64,000 nt of DNA from Podarcis filfolensis (Eukaryota), in NCBI GenBank assembly GCA_964270895.1, contig OZ185444.1; one strand, given 5' to 3'. The position numbers and the translations under genes were made by a program. The notes beneath the pieces are model-generated. The model was not told the origin of the DNA. It saw only the letters and a program-made list of their open reading frames with translations, and made no database searches. Positions 50,289 through 64,000 of the stretch are shown here, in pieces; the first letter of the stretch is position 1, and every line of letters starts with the position of its first letter.

Positions 50289-53200
50289 TAATTTGTTGTG
50301 GATTTTTTTGTTTTGTTTTTTGGTGTGCAGGAACTTCATCATTTTCCTTCCTTCTTTCCTTCCTTTTTGCAGCCTTGCATTCAGGTTGGTCATATTTATG
50401 GTGCTCGTCAGTCCCAATTATATCATTGAGATCCAAAGAGAAATGAAGCAGGCATATGAATTTTTGCTAGCACTCAAAAGAAAGCAAGTATCTAAAAACT
50501 TACAAGGAAATACTCTTCAATTTGGCAAATTGATTCAACCACTTTTTAGCCTCTTCCTCCCTTGCACCTCTTGTTTATTTATTTTAGTGTGGTATGAAAA
50601 AGTGGTCCAAAATTCATAGGATGGGATCTGACTCAGACTATTGATTTCAGTGGGTCTATTTTGCATAAGTCTGATGCCATCCATAGAAACAAAAATTTGA
50701 GCTGAACAGATGCATTAACAACCTACACAGCTGACCATTCTTCTATAAACATATGGAAATAAATTTATTTATAGAATAATGATGGGATGGGATGATAGGA
50801 TAATAACCTTTTCTTAGTGAATCTTGAAACCATATTTATATGGAGGCAAATCTCTTTGATCTCAGTGAAATTTACATCAAGCAAACCTGATGAAAGTGGT
50901 GAGGAAACAAAACAATTTTCTTGTAATACACATTTAATATATCTCACCTATAGCTTAATATACTGGCATGATCTCTAGGTATTTATTGCATTATTTATGA
51001 ATTCATTTCAAGACTAAAGTGAGAGGATGATAAAAATGTCAGTAAAATGCATTCTAAATTTAAAAAGAGACAGTTTGGCCATGGTAAAATTGAAGTTAAG
51101 AAACTGGACATAAAATAGGTTTCTGCCTAATTACCAAAGAGACCTTTGGATGAGAGGGCAAATCACTTTGATTTTTTTCCATTTCCCAAACTGATGCTTC
51201 CTCATTCACTTGCACGCTAATTCACTGTCTCACAAGAACATGGTATCAAACTGATTTCCTCTCTTCTATGAACAAATTGTATGGTGAAGGATTAAGACCA
51301 ATCTAGACATGGTGATGAAATAATGGGAATCCATCTCAATCTCTGAATCATAGCACCTGCCTGATGAGGGGCACAATCATGATGGTGTGAGGAAAGAAGG
51401 GATTAACCCTTCTACCTGGGTTATTTTGCCCAATGAAAATCTGCCTCCCTTCCCACCAGTTGGTTGCTATTTGTTTACATACGTCTTTCCTCCTGGAGCA
51501 AACAGCAGCTTGGGTGGGAGAGTGATTTTCATTGAGGCAAATGGAGGGAAGTGTTAACTCTCACACCTCTCCCCTGCAGTCCACATCTAGCCTGGGCCTT
51601 TCTGCATCTGCTATCTGTTTTAAAGAGGCTGAGATATATTCATGTGTATTTCAGTTTGGCCCTGAGTGAATTGGCAAATAAGATACAGACCAGGAGGGAA
51701 ACCTAGATGGGTTGAAAGCAACGTGTAGGCCTGAGCAGAGCATAATTGTATAAAGACATGTAGATTAAACCAAAAATGTTAATATCAAGGTCAAACTGAA
51801 CATGAAGCCATCAAACAGAAAGCCCTCTGCCCTCGGCTGTGTGCACACCATGCATTTAAAGCATTCCCCCCCCCCACAAAAAATGAAACCTGGAAATGGT
51901 ACTGTAGTTTGTTACGTGTGCATGAAATTGTAATTTGAGGGACTAAACTACAGTTCCCATAATTCTCAGGATGGGGATGGGGGGAAATAAGCTTTAAATG
52001 TATGGAATGCAAAAAGCCCTAGAAAAAGGAGACATAGCTCATTTAGCCCTTTTTTCACCAACAGATAGCCTGCTATTCTATATTTATAAGAGTTTCATGC
52101 ATGCACACTTCATTAAACATAATGGATCTCTCCATAGATCTCTAACAAGCACCATAGAATTGCATAGGGTTCTACAAAACAGTTCCTTTCATTCCTACCG
52201 CTCTGCTAATTCAACACAGAGCCTCCAACAGTTCCCCCATTGTTAGTGGTCTAAATTAATGCTGCTTCCCTCACGGAAGCTTGAGATGTCCATGGTTAGA
52301 AATTAATATATGAAATTCCTATCCAGATATAGATTTCAATTTCAGCCAAGAGCCTGAAAGCAGTCAGCACAAAATGACTTCTATAACTAGAAAACCAAGC
52401 TGGATTTCCCCATTAAAGTTAATGAAAGTGATTAAATTCATATTGCATTAGATTTCTCTGTGCAGTAGTTGTACATGGCTAGTGAATGCTGAAAATTAAG
52501 GCAATGCTCACTTGCTTCTCATAAATATTTCTAAATAGCACGGCAGCAAGAGAAGCCTAAGAGATGGCAATACTTAACTGTAACAATATGAAGAAGACCA
52601 GCAACACATTCAGCCAGAGTGATTTTCGTCTCAAAGGGAATTATAAAATTCCTAAAGAAGAATCATTAGTAGAATGTTTCTTTACACAGAGGCTTTTGTA
52701 ACTGTTGGGTACACTGAATTAACCACACAGAGGCAATGTTGCCCATTCAGACTAACAGCAAATCAGCATGGATGAGCAGAGATGGAGGACAGGGAAGCAA
52801 AATAATCGCAGAGCAAAAGTATCACACTAGGAAGTTCCTCTTCTTTGGCTGTGTTACTTCCCCCACATCTGGCTTGGGGCTGTTGCCACCAGAAGTGGCA
52901 GCTGGAAGCTTCGTTAGACAACCAGTACTTAAAGAACATCCTCTACTTTAACAATATGGATGCAAGCAACTGACTGAGATTTCCGGTCACATGTTTGCCA
53001 TGTGTTTGCAAATACACATCCTCCCCACCAGCCCTTAGTCTTCACTGCGAGGACACATGGCAGCCGTTCTGCACAGTTATTTCTTTGCAACATCTGGCCT
53101 GGCCTTTCATGTATTGCTCCCCGCTGTCATTTTGTGGCATGCTTTGGGCATTGTGTTCTTTTCATGGCGCATATGTGTTTCCTTCCAGCAGGAGGTCGGG

Positions 53201-53557
53201 AATAAGTCTTTGCACTAGGAAGGGAGGCAGGCAGGGTTAGAGCAGCTTTGAAAGCATTGCCCAGCCATTTAGCCAAGTGACCCAACAGATAACAGTACAT
53301 AAGAGAAACTTTGGTAAGGTCAGACATTAGCAACTGTAAGCACAGCAGCATTCTTGTGGGATGTCTTGCAAAGACTTCAGGTGGGGCTGTCATGATCTGC
53401 CTTGATGCCGCTTAGCAAACTTAAGCTATGAACTGTTTTCTTATTTTTCATATGCTTCATGGTTAAGTCTCCATCTCCTGAGTGTCAACTGTCCTCCATT
53501 CTCTACTCAGGAAAAGCCTTTGTTCTGCCATGTCTTACATCTGCATTTCATTTACTT

Positions 53558-53684
53558 CAGGGATGGGGAACTTGTGGTTCTCCATATGCGATCAGGGACT
53601 ACAACTCCCCCTGACCATTGGCCAGACTGACTGAGGTGCATGGGAGTGAAGTCCAACAATATCTGGAGGCCCTTGGTCAACCCT
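53558..53684. mobile_element. Degenerate hAT-type MITE
   Basis: cagggatggggaac...ggactacaactccc...catgggagtgaagtccaacaatatctggagg. Confidence 0.5.
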
Positions 53685-55406
53685 TATTTTGTCTTTCTAA
53701 CTTAACTCTATAACTGTTCACTATTATTGGCTTTTATGTTTGGAACAGCTTGGAAGGAGATAGTTTCAAATGATGAATTCATTGGGGAATGCATGTTACT
53801 TTGCCCAAGGAAAGAAATACTGTTCCCATTTCATAGGCAATGTGTTGTTCATTTAGATTGTGAGCCCTACAACTCAGTGACAGAGTTGAAACATAACAGG
53901 AAAACCATGTGAATAAGTTGTGACAAGTCTCAGGTTTGCATGCTCCCCCCTCTCCTCTTTTCACCCCAGAAGAGGACATTGAAAGGTCATTGTAAACCAC
54001 AGTTCACCTGTAGTCCAAACTCAGGGAACTGTTGTTTGCTTAAACTATAGTTAGTGAGAAGTAGTCATATGAAGCCCATGAGTGGTATTCATTAGGTTAA
54101 TTAATTTCAGTGGATCTATGCTGAGTAAAACGTAGCTGAATATGCCACGTGCTTTCAGAACTTGACTTTTTCTGAAACCATCATTCAAACAAACTATGGT
54201 TCCCCAAGTTCACATTTCATGGAGAAACCTTGGTTAATTTAAATCTGGAAGCAAATGCTTGCAATATCTTCTGGTGTGTGAAGAGTGTGTGACCCAAGGC
54301 TCACCATGGCTCATATAGCAGGAAATGGTGGCTTTTTATTATATCTGAACCAAGCCAGTGCATCTGCCTAGCACCTCGCACAAGGGACACTATTCTCAGC
54401 TTTAGTCATAATGAAGACAAACTAGTCACTGTTAACATTATCAGGCTGCTAATAACGGAGCAGAATTCTGGACACCCTCAGAGGGCTTCCTTTGTCTCCC
54501 TGACACCCACAGCCTCTTGCTGGCCACCACCACGCACACTGACCTTTGAAATATGGAAAGAAACATGCTTTGAAATCAAGCTGGCAGGAACAGCATTCAG
54601 GCTGCCGTCACTGGGGGCTCAAAACAAGCGGGGCTATAGTTTGCAAGCTGTCTTCATAATTACTTGAAGCAGTTGTCGCTCTAGCCCGAGTTTGTTCATT
54701 ACACCCCGACAAACAGCTGATATTTGTTAAAGCACATAAGCCACTTTGTTGAGGCAGCCCTCGATATTGTGGGAAACCCTGCAGCTGCAAGTCACATGCA
54801 GTTTAGAGTATTTTCTGGTTCCTTTGCTTCCATGCATGCCTTTTATAGCAGTGCCCTTTTACTCAAACAAAAAAGGGCAGGGAGAGAGCAGGCAGCCGTG
54901 GGAGGGGGGGAGAGAACCCTCACTTAGAAGGTAAACATTAGCTAACAAAAAAAGGCTTGATACGCTTAAGGTTTATGACCCAAATCTGGTTCTCATTAAA
55001 CAAATGCTTGTGCAGCACTAAGGAATTCTTAGTAATAAGAAAGCGATGGCTGGAATTCAGGACGGGCGAGAGGCAGTGGAACAGCAGCCGTGCCTGTTTC
55101 AGTGTTCCAGCGTTGGCTACTGTCTGGGTTGGCAGGTCTCCCATAACTGCCAGCAGGGAGCTCTTGGAAACGGTTTCACTTGGGATTCAGAAGGCACAAG
55201 GCTCACTTTCAGAGCACCTGGACTTGGCTAATAAATGCCAGTGTGAGGATATAAAGGGTGGGGTGGGGAGGTAATGCTCTCAGAAAAGAATACCACTTGC
55301 TGGAAGCCACCCAGGGGGGCGGGAGTGTTCTTGTTCATGAGTCCTGCTTGAGAGTTTTCCACAGACACCTGGATGGATATTGTGAGAATAAGGTGTTGGA
55401 CTAGAT

Positions 55407-55537
55407 CAGGGTTTCCCAAACTTGGGTCCCCAGCTGTTCTTCAACTCCCATCATCCCTAACTAGCAAGACCTGTGGTCAGGGATGGTGGGAACTGTAGTC
55501 CCCAAAAAAGCTGGAGAACAAAACTTGGGAAACACTG
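55407..55537. mobile_element. hAT-type MITE
   Basis: TIRs CAGGGTTTCCCAA / TTGGGAAACACTG, perfect 8-bp TSD GACTAGAT (55399-55406 and 55538-55545). Confidence 0.88.
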
Positions 55538-55595
55538 GACTAGATAGACCATTGGCTTCATGATCCAGCAGTTCTCTCCTTATGTTAAGAAGACA

Positions 55596-55681
55596 GGGCT
55601 CCTGCACCTTTAATTATTCAATGACAAGCTACACCTGCTGAAATTCCCTCTTTCACACAGCTATTAAAGGTGCAGGAGTCC
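55596..55681. repeat. Short hairpin repeat with 18-bp arms
   Basis: gggctcctgcacctttaa ... ttaaaggtgcaggagtcc, one mismatch. Confidence 0.7.
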
Positions 55682-56564
55682 ATTGTTCCCATCTGGCCAT
55701 TGTAATCTTTTCCCTTTTTTTTCTTAGAGGCCCAGCACTGTTATGGTTGCTTCCACCATTCCCACCCAAAAATCAGGGTACTGCTGTCCCACCTTGCTTC
55801 AAGAAGAAGCCAAGCTCCTAACAGAAGTTGCTTAAGGAGACAATAGCACTAAAAAAAACCAAAGAGCAGGAGGACACATGCCTCTGAACATGTCTGCAGG
55901 ATACTTCAGTGTTCTGGGTGTTCAAAGAAGTTCTGGTTTGGCATTCCTCAGCCAGGTGACCTTCAGATGCTTTCAACTACAACTCCTATCAGGTCCAGCA
56001 CCTTAGGGCTGATGGAAGTATGGGTGTGCTGGCTGGGGCAGATGGGAGTTGTAGTTGAAAACTACCCCAGGTTGGGGTAGGCTGTGCTAAAGGAACCACT
56101 TTCCACTGCTAGACCCTGGCTCTCTACTGCTGGTGAACAGTCTGCTAACTCTCCAGTAGAGCTGGGTTTGAAGCTAGCACTCTAGCCAAAAGACAGGGGA
56201 GCCAAGGACGCCTATCTGATTTTTATTTTATAGTCAGGATGGCAGAGTGAAGTATTTAAGGGAGACACTCTTCCAGAAGCAAAGGTTTATTGAGAAAACA
56301 TAGGGAAATAGTAATTAAATGGATAACTCTTGAAGGCTTTCCAGGAAGGGAGAGAGGAAGAGAAGCAAAGACTGAGGGTAAGTTTGTGGCACAGTTGAGC
56401 TTTGGAGGAGGGAAGGGAGGAAGCACCTGAATTTTTCAATTTTTCATGGCCAGGCAATAGGTGTACAGCGAGGCATTGATTGGATCAGCAGCAGAGGAAG
56501 GTTCTAGCATTAATTATCTCAGGAGATCCCATAGCTGCTGAAGTTACAGCAAGTGTGGCGCCTT

Positions 56565-56682
56565 GTGTACGGTCAGAGTGTTGGACTAAGACTTGGGAGA
56601 CAGGGGTTCTAGTTCCCACTCAACCATGAAACTCACTTGAGCTCCTTAGAGGAAAGTCAGGATATAAATGAAATAAATAAAT
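56565..56682 (+). mobile_element. Internally deleted Squam3/MIR-like SINE
   Basis: Head gtgtacggtcagagtgttggactaagac...cactcaaccatgaaactcact joined directly to an (AAAT)n tail. Confidence 0.5.
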
Positions 56683-57928
56683 GTGCCCCCATGAGGTGTA
56701 CATGCCAAGACACCCATGAGGGGACAAGCAACCAAAATGGGCATCAAATCTTGTTCTGTGGAAACAGTCTGAAAGTATCAGAGGCCTGGGGGAGAGGGGC
56801 AGAATAGGAAAAACAAATGGCTCATGCCTTCTGTTTCTATACTGTCTCATTCTTTTCCTCCCTCATGTTGAAGATGTGGCAGAGGAGACAGGAAAGCCCT
56901 TGTACTTACTATGCCCTCCACATCTGAAGTCTAAGCTGCTTTTGATTGCATCTGCATCTGCAAGGCAAATTGGTTTTAGGTGGGTGGCATGGCAAGTGGG
57001 GTTGACATCATATCCCAGCAATCTCGATTTTCTTATTACTGGCTTTTTGGGAGATATTTTAGAGCCTGGAAAAAAGCATCAGTTTCAGGGAAAGGCGAAA
57101 TTGTTTTTCAACTTTGACTGCTGTGTCCCTAGATTCACACACAGATTCCTGTAGTGCCAGCAGGACTGTTTTGCTCCTGGCATTTTATTTTGTTTTAATT
57201 TTTACCTCTTGGTATAGATAGCTGCTGCTCAGAATCTGTTTGGCCCCCTGTTATGGTTATTTTTAAAGTTTGTAGCTCCTGGACTGCAGTGTTCTTTGAG
57301 TTGTTATTTACACCTCTCTGACATAACTGCAAAATGTTTCACAGTCTGAATGGTGAGAAATGCAGGGGAGAATTGGGGCCTTTTTCACCTCCAGAAATGC
57401 TTAAGAAGCAGACAATGAAAAGGTGACAGTCAGAGTAAAAAAAGCATACTGGGTTCTCCTGTGAGAGTGACAAAAGTTGCTGAGCGCAGTGGGTGGATTT
57501 ATGTACAAATTCAGAGGCTGTCTTTTTTTGTGTGTAAAGGTTAGCAAATCTCTTTCCTCACTTTCTTTCCCAGAAGTAACTTTATTTCTCCTATTTGTTC
57601 GACTGAAAAGCCAACTCTTCTCATGCCGAGTATAGTTAGGCCTGAGCCAAAACACAACCCCCTAATTTCATGGGCTACAAAGCGGAACCCCACCCCCGGC
57701 CTTTCACTGATGGTTAGTTGTGGTAGGGATGCTCGAGCATTTTGTTCAGACTGCATTTTGAAGTGAAGTGACTTGATTTGCTGGCCCGGGCTAATATGTG
57801 GATTGGAACACAGTTACCCTTCTGTTTCTTGAACTCTGGTTTTTGTGTCCTTAGCTCAAAAAAGTCAATATGCCAAAATGTATATTTTAGGTTAAAATAC
57901 ATATTTTGGGTTAAAATATGTAAAGAAT

Positions 57929-58027
57929 GGGATGCGGGTGGCGCTGTGGGTTAAACCACAGAGCCTAGGACTTGCTGATCAGAAGGTCGGTGGTTTGAAT
58001 CCCTGCGACGGGGTGAGCTCCTGTTGC
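57929..58027 (+). mobile_element. Sauria SINE 5' (tRNA-like) head only
   Basis: gggatgcgggtggcgctgtgggttaaaccacagagcctaggacttgctgatcagaaggtcggtggtttgaatcc..., breaking off after ctcctgttgc. Confidence 0.88.
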
Positions 58028-58054
58028 ATGAAGAGAAATGAAGAGAGACTAGAC

Positions 58055-58202
58055 CAGGCACTGGGAAACTCTGCCCTCCAGATGTTTTGGGACTACAACT
58101 CCCACTAACAGGGGAGTGTTCCCTAGCTAACAGGACCAGTGTTCAGGGATGATAGGAGCTGTAGTCCCAAAACATCTGGAGGGCCGAGTTTGCCAATGCC
58201 TG
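58055..58202. mobile_element. hAT-type MITE
   Basis: TIRs CAGGCA.TGGG/CAAACT, palindromic core, 8-bp TSD GACTAGAC / GATTAGAC (one mismatch). Confidence 0.85.
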
Positions 58203-60171
58203 GATTAGACAAAGGAGCCTGAAATTGCTTGGGAACCACGTGGGGGAGGAGGAGTCTGATAGAGCAGTGGGAAAGTGGGGACCTTCAGTCCTGGCAACTC
58301 TCTCATTGGGGCAAGACCTCAATGGGGAAGAGTTGCTGTGATCACTAGCCCTTCGCTGTTTTGGTTTCTTTGAAAAAACAGTTAACTTCACCGACAGTGG
58401 GTGTTTTATTGTTGACCTACTCCTGACTCGGGTCCTGACAACAACTAGGCAACTCTCCCTACCATCCTGCTCTGTGTTTCAGCAGCTTGGTGCAGGAATA
58501 CATATAGGAAAAATTGCCAGATTGCCTAAGCAATTAGGTGACCCTCCCTTCTGAACCTCCTCTGCAACTAACTTCTGGTCCTGCAGAACCACAGAAGTTA
58601 ATTAATTGTAGGTTTGGAGGTTTTCAGGGAGGGGGATAAATGCCCACTATCCCCCTAAAATATTTAGGCTCAAACGCCTTCCCAAGGATTAGGAGAGAAA
58701 CAAGAATACATACTGTATAGTATGTGTAATACCGTATTTGTGCTTACAAACCATATTTGTAAGCAGTCTCCCTCAGCTGGATTCCATGCCTCTGTTTCCC
58801 ATTCCTAAATTAATGTCTTAATTTAAATGTTTGAATGAAGTGTGATACATTTGTGATACATTTCTCTCCCCTCCCCCTGCTCTATTTGAGCCCTAACAAC
58901 AGCAAATGACACGACTGTCGTTCGAAGAGTAGGGTTACACCCGTGCCTTGTTACCTCATTTTCATGACAAAGATTGTATCTGACATTTAATATCCAATAT
59001 CTTTCAGGAAACAAAGTGAAGGGCTCCTCCACCCTGACCTTTTGCATGCACTCTCTCTGTGATTGGTTCATGCATTTCACTCCTCCCTGCATATTAGGGT
59101 CTCATCAATCAATCAAATAGTGATTGCAATGTAATATCAGAGGGCAGCATGATTTTCAAAGTGTGTCATCAAGGGTTTAGAAAACTAAAATCCTGCCATG
59201 CTTCAAGTAGTTGTTGGTTGTTCGTTTAAAACATAACACAAATAGGTTGGATTTTCTTGCGTGTCGCCCACATCACAAGATCTGTACTGCAACTGTATGG
59301 ATTTTTGTGTAACACACTAAAATAATGCACAATATTCATGGTCAGCTAGCAACCTCTCCTAGCTGTAGTTTGCACAAAGGTGGCTCAGAAAGCCATTATG
59401 AGGCATTAAAAAAACACATACAAACGGGTTGCGGAAAATGAGTAGTGACATTTGATGGCTATAAGTACAACTGGCAACTTCTGGGATAAATTCCTAGGAA
59501 CGGTTATCCTTTTTTGTAACATTGTAGAATTAAGAAACACGTGTCCAAATGAAACTGCAATAGTCTGAAATTAAAGATGGAACATTTCACTGGAATTCAT
59601 AATGTTCAGCAGTATGGCAGATTTACACAACCCCAATTCACACCCACCTCACAAATTATAACATTAGAAGATGAACTCTAGATGTGAAAAGGTCACAGAG
59701 GAGCTTGTGAAAGAGCTTGTGTATGTTCTTTATGTGAGTGAACCGGTGTTACCTCTGAGTCTGGGATGATTTCAGGGTGTGTTTCTGGGAACAGCTAGAT
59801 CTCTAGCAAGATTATCTGCAAATAATGCAATAAACCAGAGGTAAAAAAACAAAACAAAACCTCACCACACGTGAGTTACTCTCAAATCTGCCCCACCACA
59901 CAATAGAATTGGATTTCCCTGCTGCTGCCACTGCTAATGGTGAGCCCCCCCCCCACAAAAGCTGTTGAAGAATATCTCCTTTCCCCTGAAAATTCATGGA
60001 AAGTGTCCCTCCAATTTCTCTGCTCACAAAAACAGGGAGATGCATTTTGACAGGCCACTTGTGCCCAGCTGTAACTAGATCAGATGAAGCACAGAAGAAA
60101 GGATTAAGATATTATTGAACAACATTAGTGGAGTGAGTTCTGAAAGCAACACCCGTGACTAACGTTACTGC

Positions 60172-60200
60172 CATCATCATCATCATCATCATCATCATCA
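60172..60200. repeat. (CAT)n microsatellite
   Basis: Directly visible. Confidence 0.95.
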
Positions 60201-62261
60201 CCATTTTAGTGGTGCCTTTCTACAGGGCATGACAGGCAGTCATTTAACAGGCAAAGCAGTATGGAAATATGGTAGTAAGAAAAGTTACTTCCTGTTGTTT
60301 CATTGGGTCTGCCATGCAACATTTTCATACACCTGCTATTACAGTGGTCCCTGCAGTAGCACAGACTGAATGGCTGCAGGGAGACAACACAAACCTGGGG
60401 GTGGTGATGAGCCATGGTTGGCAGCTGCAAGAGAGATGGTCCCTATAACAAGCTGGAGATGAGGGGGTGGCAGGTGAATACTTGAGAAAGACTGCTTCCA
60501 CCTGTGCCGGGGTACCTGCAGGGCATCCTTCCCCAACTTGGGGCCCTCTAGATGTTTTGAACTACCATTCTCACCAGCCCCAGCCAACACAGCCATGCTT
60601 TGACTGTCCCGTTGCTGGTGGTTTGTCATTATGGACTCTGAATACACTTCAGGATAAGATAATCTTAGTTTTGTTTCTGTTATGCTTAATAACCTTTTTG
60701 GAGAGAAAATGTTCCTGAAGTCCTCCCAGTTGTGAAAACTGCAATAAGGACCTTAAAATGCTTGAGAGGGGCCAAGTATTTGGTTGACATGTGGATGCCA
60801 CCCTTTGCAACTAATTTGGGAGTATGGTTGTTTGTCAGTTTCTCATGGGAGTGTGTGTGTGTGTGTTATCACCTGTGGAAGATCTTCAAAACAGGACCTT
60901 ACCCAGAAAACTGTCTGTTGTTGTCAGCTGCTTAGAGCATCATTTAATGCCATAATCATCACTGTTTTGCAATATGATTCTCTGTAATCGTTGCTGAAAT
61001 TTACATATTGCAGTTGTAATGATATTTTGTCTATTTTGTTGTAAAATTATTCTTATTAATCCGCACTTTTTTGTGGTTGCTAAATGTGACGCAAGCATTC
61101 CAGATGGAGCCAGCCTCTGAGCAACCATGCAATTCACTCTCCTGCCCCATTCTACCCCCAAACTCTGCTTATGTTTTGCCCCTTGTTATCTTGGCATCGG
61201 CATGCTAGTGCAATGGTGCAGCAATAGCCGTGTAAATCCACTATGCCTGCATATCTTTGTGTTCTGCTGACACAACAGAACTGAGTGGCCCTCCTGTCCT
61301 TGTCCAGTGGCTACAACCCAAAGAAAGTACTGCACTGGCAAAAAGTTATTATGATAGTGAATGTTGCACTATGGGTGAAAGCAGAGCCCTGCAATTGTTA
61401 AAAAGGTCAACTCGCTGTCCTCTTTCCCCCCACTCTATGGCAACACTATTGATATAATAGATCAATGAACTTTAATGGAAATACAGCTAACATCTACTAT
61501 GTTCCTTGATGTACTAGCATGACCCAAATAATTATTTGCCATTTTCTGGCAATACTGTTACTATGGTTTCCACCGAATGTAGCACAGGTCGGATGCTCTC
61601 TAAACAATGCATGCGCCTTTCCAGGGCAGAAAGGATGTGCTAAAAACTCATTTTATACTTGGTGAGAAAATAGGAACCACATATCCTTTTTACTGTGGTC
61701 TCTTAGGGGTTCGGGGAAAGGAATTATTCAGTGGCAAAAGGGACTAGATGAAATGAAAGCTAAGATCACCAAGAGATGGCTGGCTTCCCAGAATGATAGT
61801 AATTATTAAAGTGCCTTTGCACCATCTATTCCAAAGAGCTGAGTTGGCATCACATGTTTTAATAAATAGATCCACAAAAGGGAGGGAGAAGCATGCAATT
61901 AATTTGTCATTTCTCTATTATACAATGCATGAAAGAGCTGAAGTGCATAAATGCAAAATCAAATTCAGATGAAGAGCCTAGTGGGGGCAGTTGCACTGGG
62001 GGGGGCTTCCCCTCCCCCCAAATCCTCCTTTACAGCCTATAATATAGTGATCCAGCATAATTCCAGGCTCCCGTTCCATTCTCGTTTCTGCAAAGCACCT
62101 CTCTGTTTCTGTCTGAAGGTTTTGTTTCGTTTAAGAGAAGGACATTAAGAATGTAACTCATCTGCACTGAACATCAGCAGTAGGGAACCTGCTTCCAGAT
62201 GTTGAACTCCAGCTCCCATCCGCTCCAGCCAGCATGCATTGGGTGGATGTGATTTCATATA

Positions 62262-62481
62262 TTACTACTACTAAATTCCTACCACTCCTTTCCTCCAAGG
62301 AGCTCACAGTGGTTTACATGATGGTTCTCCCCTCTCTCCCATTCTACACTCAAAATCACCCTGTCAGTCTAGGCTGAGAGATGGTGACTGGACCAAGGTC
62401 AACCAGTGAGCTTTATGGTTGAGCAGGGATTTAAACTCTGGCCTCCAAGGTCGTAGCCCGACACTCTAACCACCACACCAC
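62262..62481 (-). mobile_element. Old Squam3/MIR-like SINE
   Basis: aggctgagagatggtgactggaccaaggtcaaccagtgagctt...ctctaaccaccacaccac with a (TAC)n tail. Confidence 0.65.
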
Positions 62482-63906
62482 AACGGATCTCTTATATAAA
62501 CAAATAAATGTCTTTTATCGCGCTGCTGCAAAGTGATGAGGCTTCTCCCAAGGACTAATGAATGCATGCCTCAATTACATCTTATGTTTTTGCTCATAAT
62601 TCCAGCATTTCTAGACTACACTTTCCTATAAAACATCACAAGGTGGGAAAACATTCAAAATTCTATAGTGTGATAATGCAACACTGGTGGGGAGGGAGTA
62701 TATTGGCAGTCATACTGCTGCTAGCCTCATTAAGAAATTAGGATAGATTTGTCCTCCAGCCCCAGAAAAGAGAGCACACAAACCTCAAAGAACAGCAGCA
62801 GCAAAATGTAAAAAGCAAAATGATGGAGACACTTTGGTGTGATGGAAATGCTGCTGTTCACCCAGGCATGCCTTTGCATTAATTTCTCCCTGGTTATTAG
62901 TTAAGTATATGAATAAGGCTAAAACTGGCTGTAACCTGCCTGTAACAGCTCCCCTCTTCAGTAATGCAAATTTGTGCTGGCAAGCCAGAGAATCCAGATG
63001 GCAGACTGAGCACCAATGTAGCCATGCATGCTATGTTGCTCCCAGTTCCATGCCACAGCGGTCCTGATGCAAGAGGAACACGGTAGCTGTGTGTCTTGGC
63101 TTGCTTTGTGAGCCATTTGGGTTGCCTAAACTTCACTGCAGTGACCTGCTCTTGGCTTGTGGTGCACTGTGGTTTGGGTTGCACAGCTTGCTTGGTTGGG
63201 GTGTGCATGTGTTTGTAGCTGGATCACTCTGCTTCTGAGCAAGGAGGTTGAACCGCACAACCCCGCACAACTCTGTACTGCCCATCATGCAATGACTGGA
63301 GCTGCAATGTGGCACTGGGGGAATCTATGGATGAACCATTCACAAGCTCTTTCCATGAGGTCTGTTTTTAAACAACAACAATAACAACAACCCAGATACA
63401 TTTCAATAGGTTTCCTCATACATATACTTGAACAAAACAATTGAAAAAAATATAAAAGGCAGAGGAGGAAATTCCCTGCCGAGATTATCCTTTGTCTATC
63501 TGTTACTGGCCCAAGCATGTTCTACTTTAGAATAGGCGACATGTACCTACTAGTCCTGGAATGTCTTGCTTATGAAAAACAGGGAGCTTTAACCATCTGA
63601 TATTTGTGTAGAGTCAAAATCTATCCCTCCTGCCATCACTGAATAGATTAAGGTATGCATTCTTTAAAAGAAAGAAAGAGGAAGGGGGAACTCCAGAATA
63701 CCTTTAATTTTTAGTCTTCTTTCATTCCAAGAGATTGCTGTCTCCAGCTAATTTCCTGTCTAGCACCAAGAGTGTCTAATTCAGGGGGTACCAAAACCCT
63801 GAATTAAGTTCCAAAGTTTAGGAATGACATGCTGCACATATTTTACACAGCTAAAGAGTCACCCAGCATCTTTGTCTGCTGTTGAGAAATTCCTTCATTG
63901 CAAAAA

Positions 63907-63948
<42 letters not shown>
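63907..63948. repeat. (TAT)n microsatellite
   Basis: Directly visible. Confidence 0.97.
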
Positions 63949-64000
63949 GAGAGTTACCATCTCACTGCCCCCGCCCTCTGACACCTGGCAGCTCCTCTGG

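Noticed and set aside
1-64000. CRISPR array, snoRNA, rRNA or prokaryotic-type system
   Set aside because: I saw no regularly spaced repeat-spacer array, no paired C/D boxes with terminal stems and no operon-like ORF clusters. The sequence is typical vertebrate DNA.

Overview
Vertebrate genomic DNA, most likely from a lacertid lizard. The basis is Sauria/POM-type SINEs, Squam3-like SINEs and a sauropsid-type BTG1 N-terminus (MHPALYTRASMIREI). The only protein-coding gene I can support is BTG1 on the minus strand: two coding exons (13397-13544 and 10320-10684) giving 170 aa. It has a TATA/CRE/CCAAT/FOXO CpG-island promoter near 13.8-14.0 kb and a 3'UTR dense in regulatory motifs ending at AATAAA 9370-9375. 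A 273-N block interrupts the distal 3'UTR. The ~50 kb upstream is gene-poor and holds SINEs, Tc1/mariner, hAT and Harbinger MITEs, a probable solo LTR, LINE remnants, microsatellites and some enhancer-like AT-rich blocks. I found no CRISPR array, rRNA or true tRNA gene, and no clearly novel multi-gene system. The best leads are post-transcriptional control of BTG1 (uORF, two start codons, PUM/miRNA/CPE cluster, the N block), an orphan exon-like cassette and several odd transposon insertions. Family names and comparisons to human or chicken sequence come from memory and were not checked against a database.
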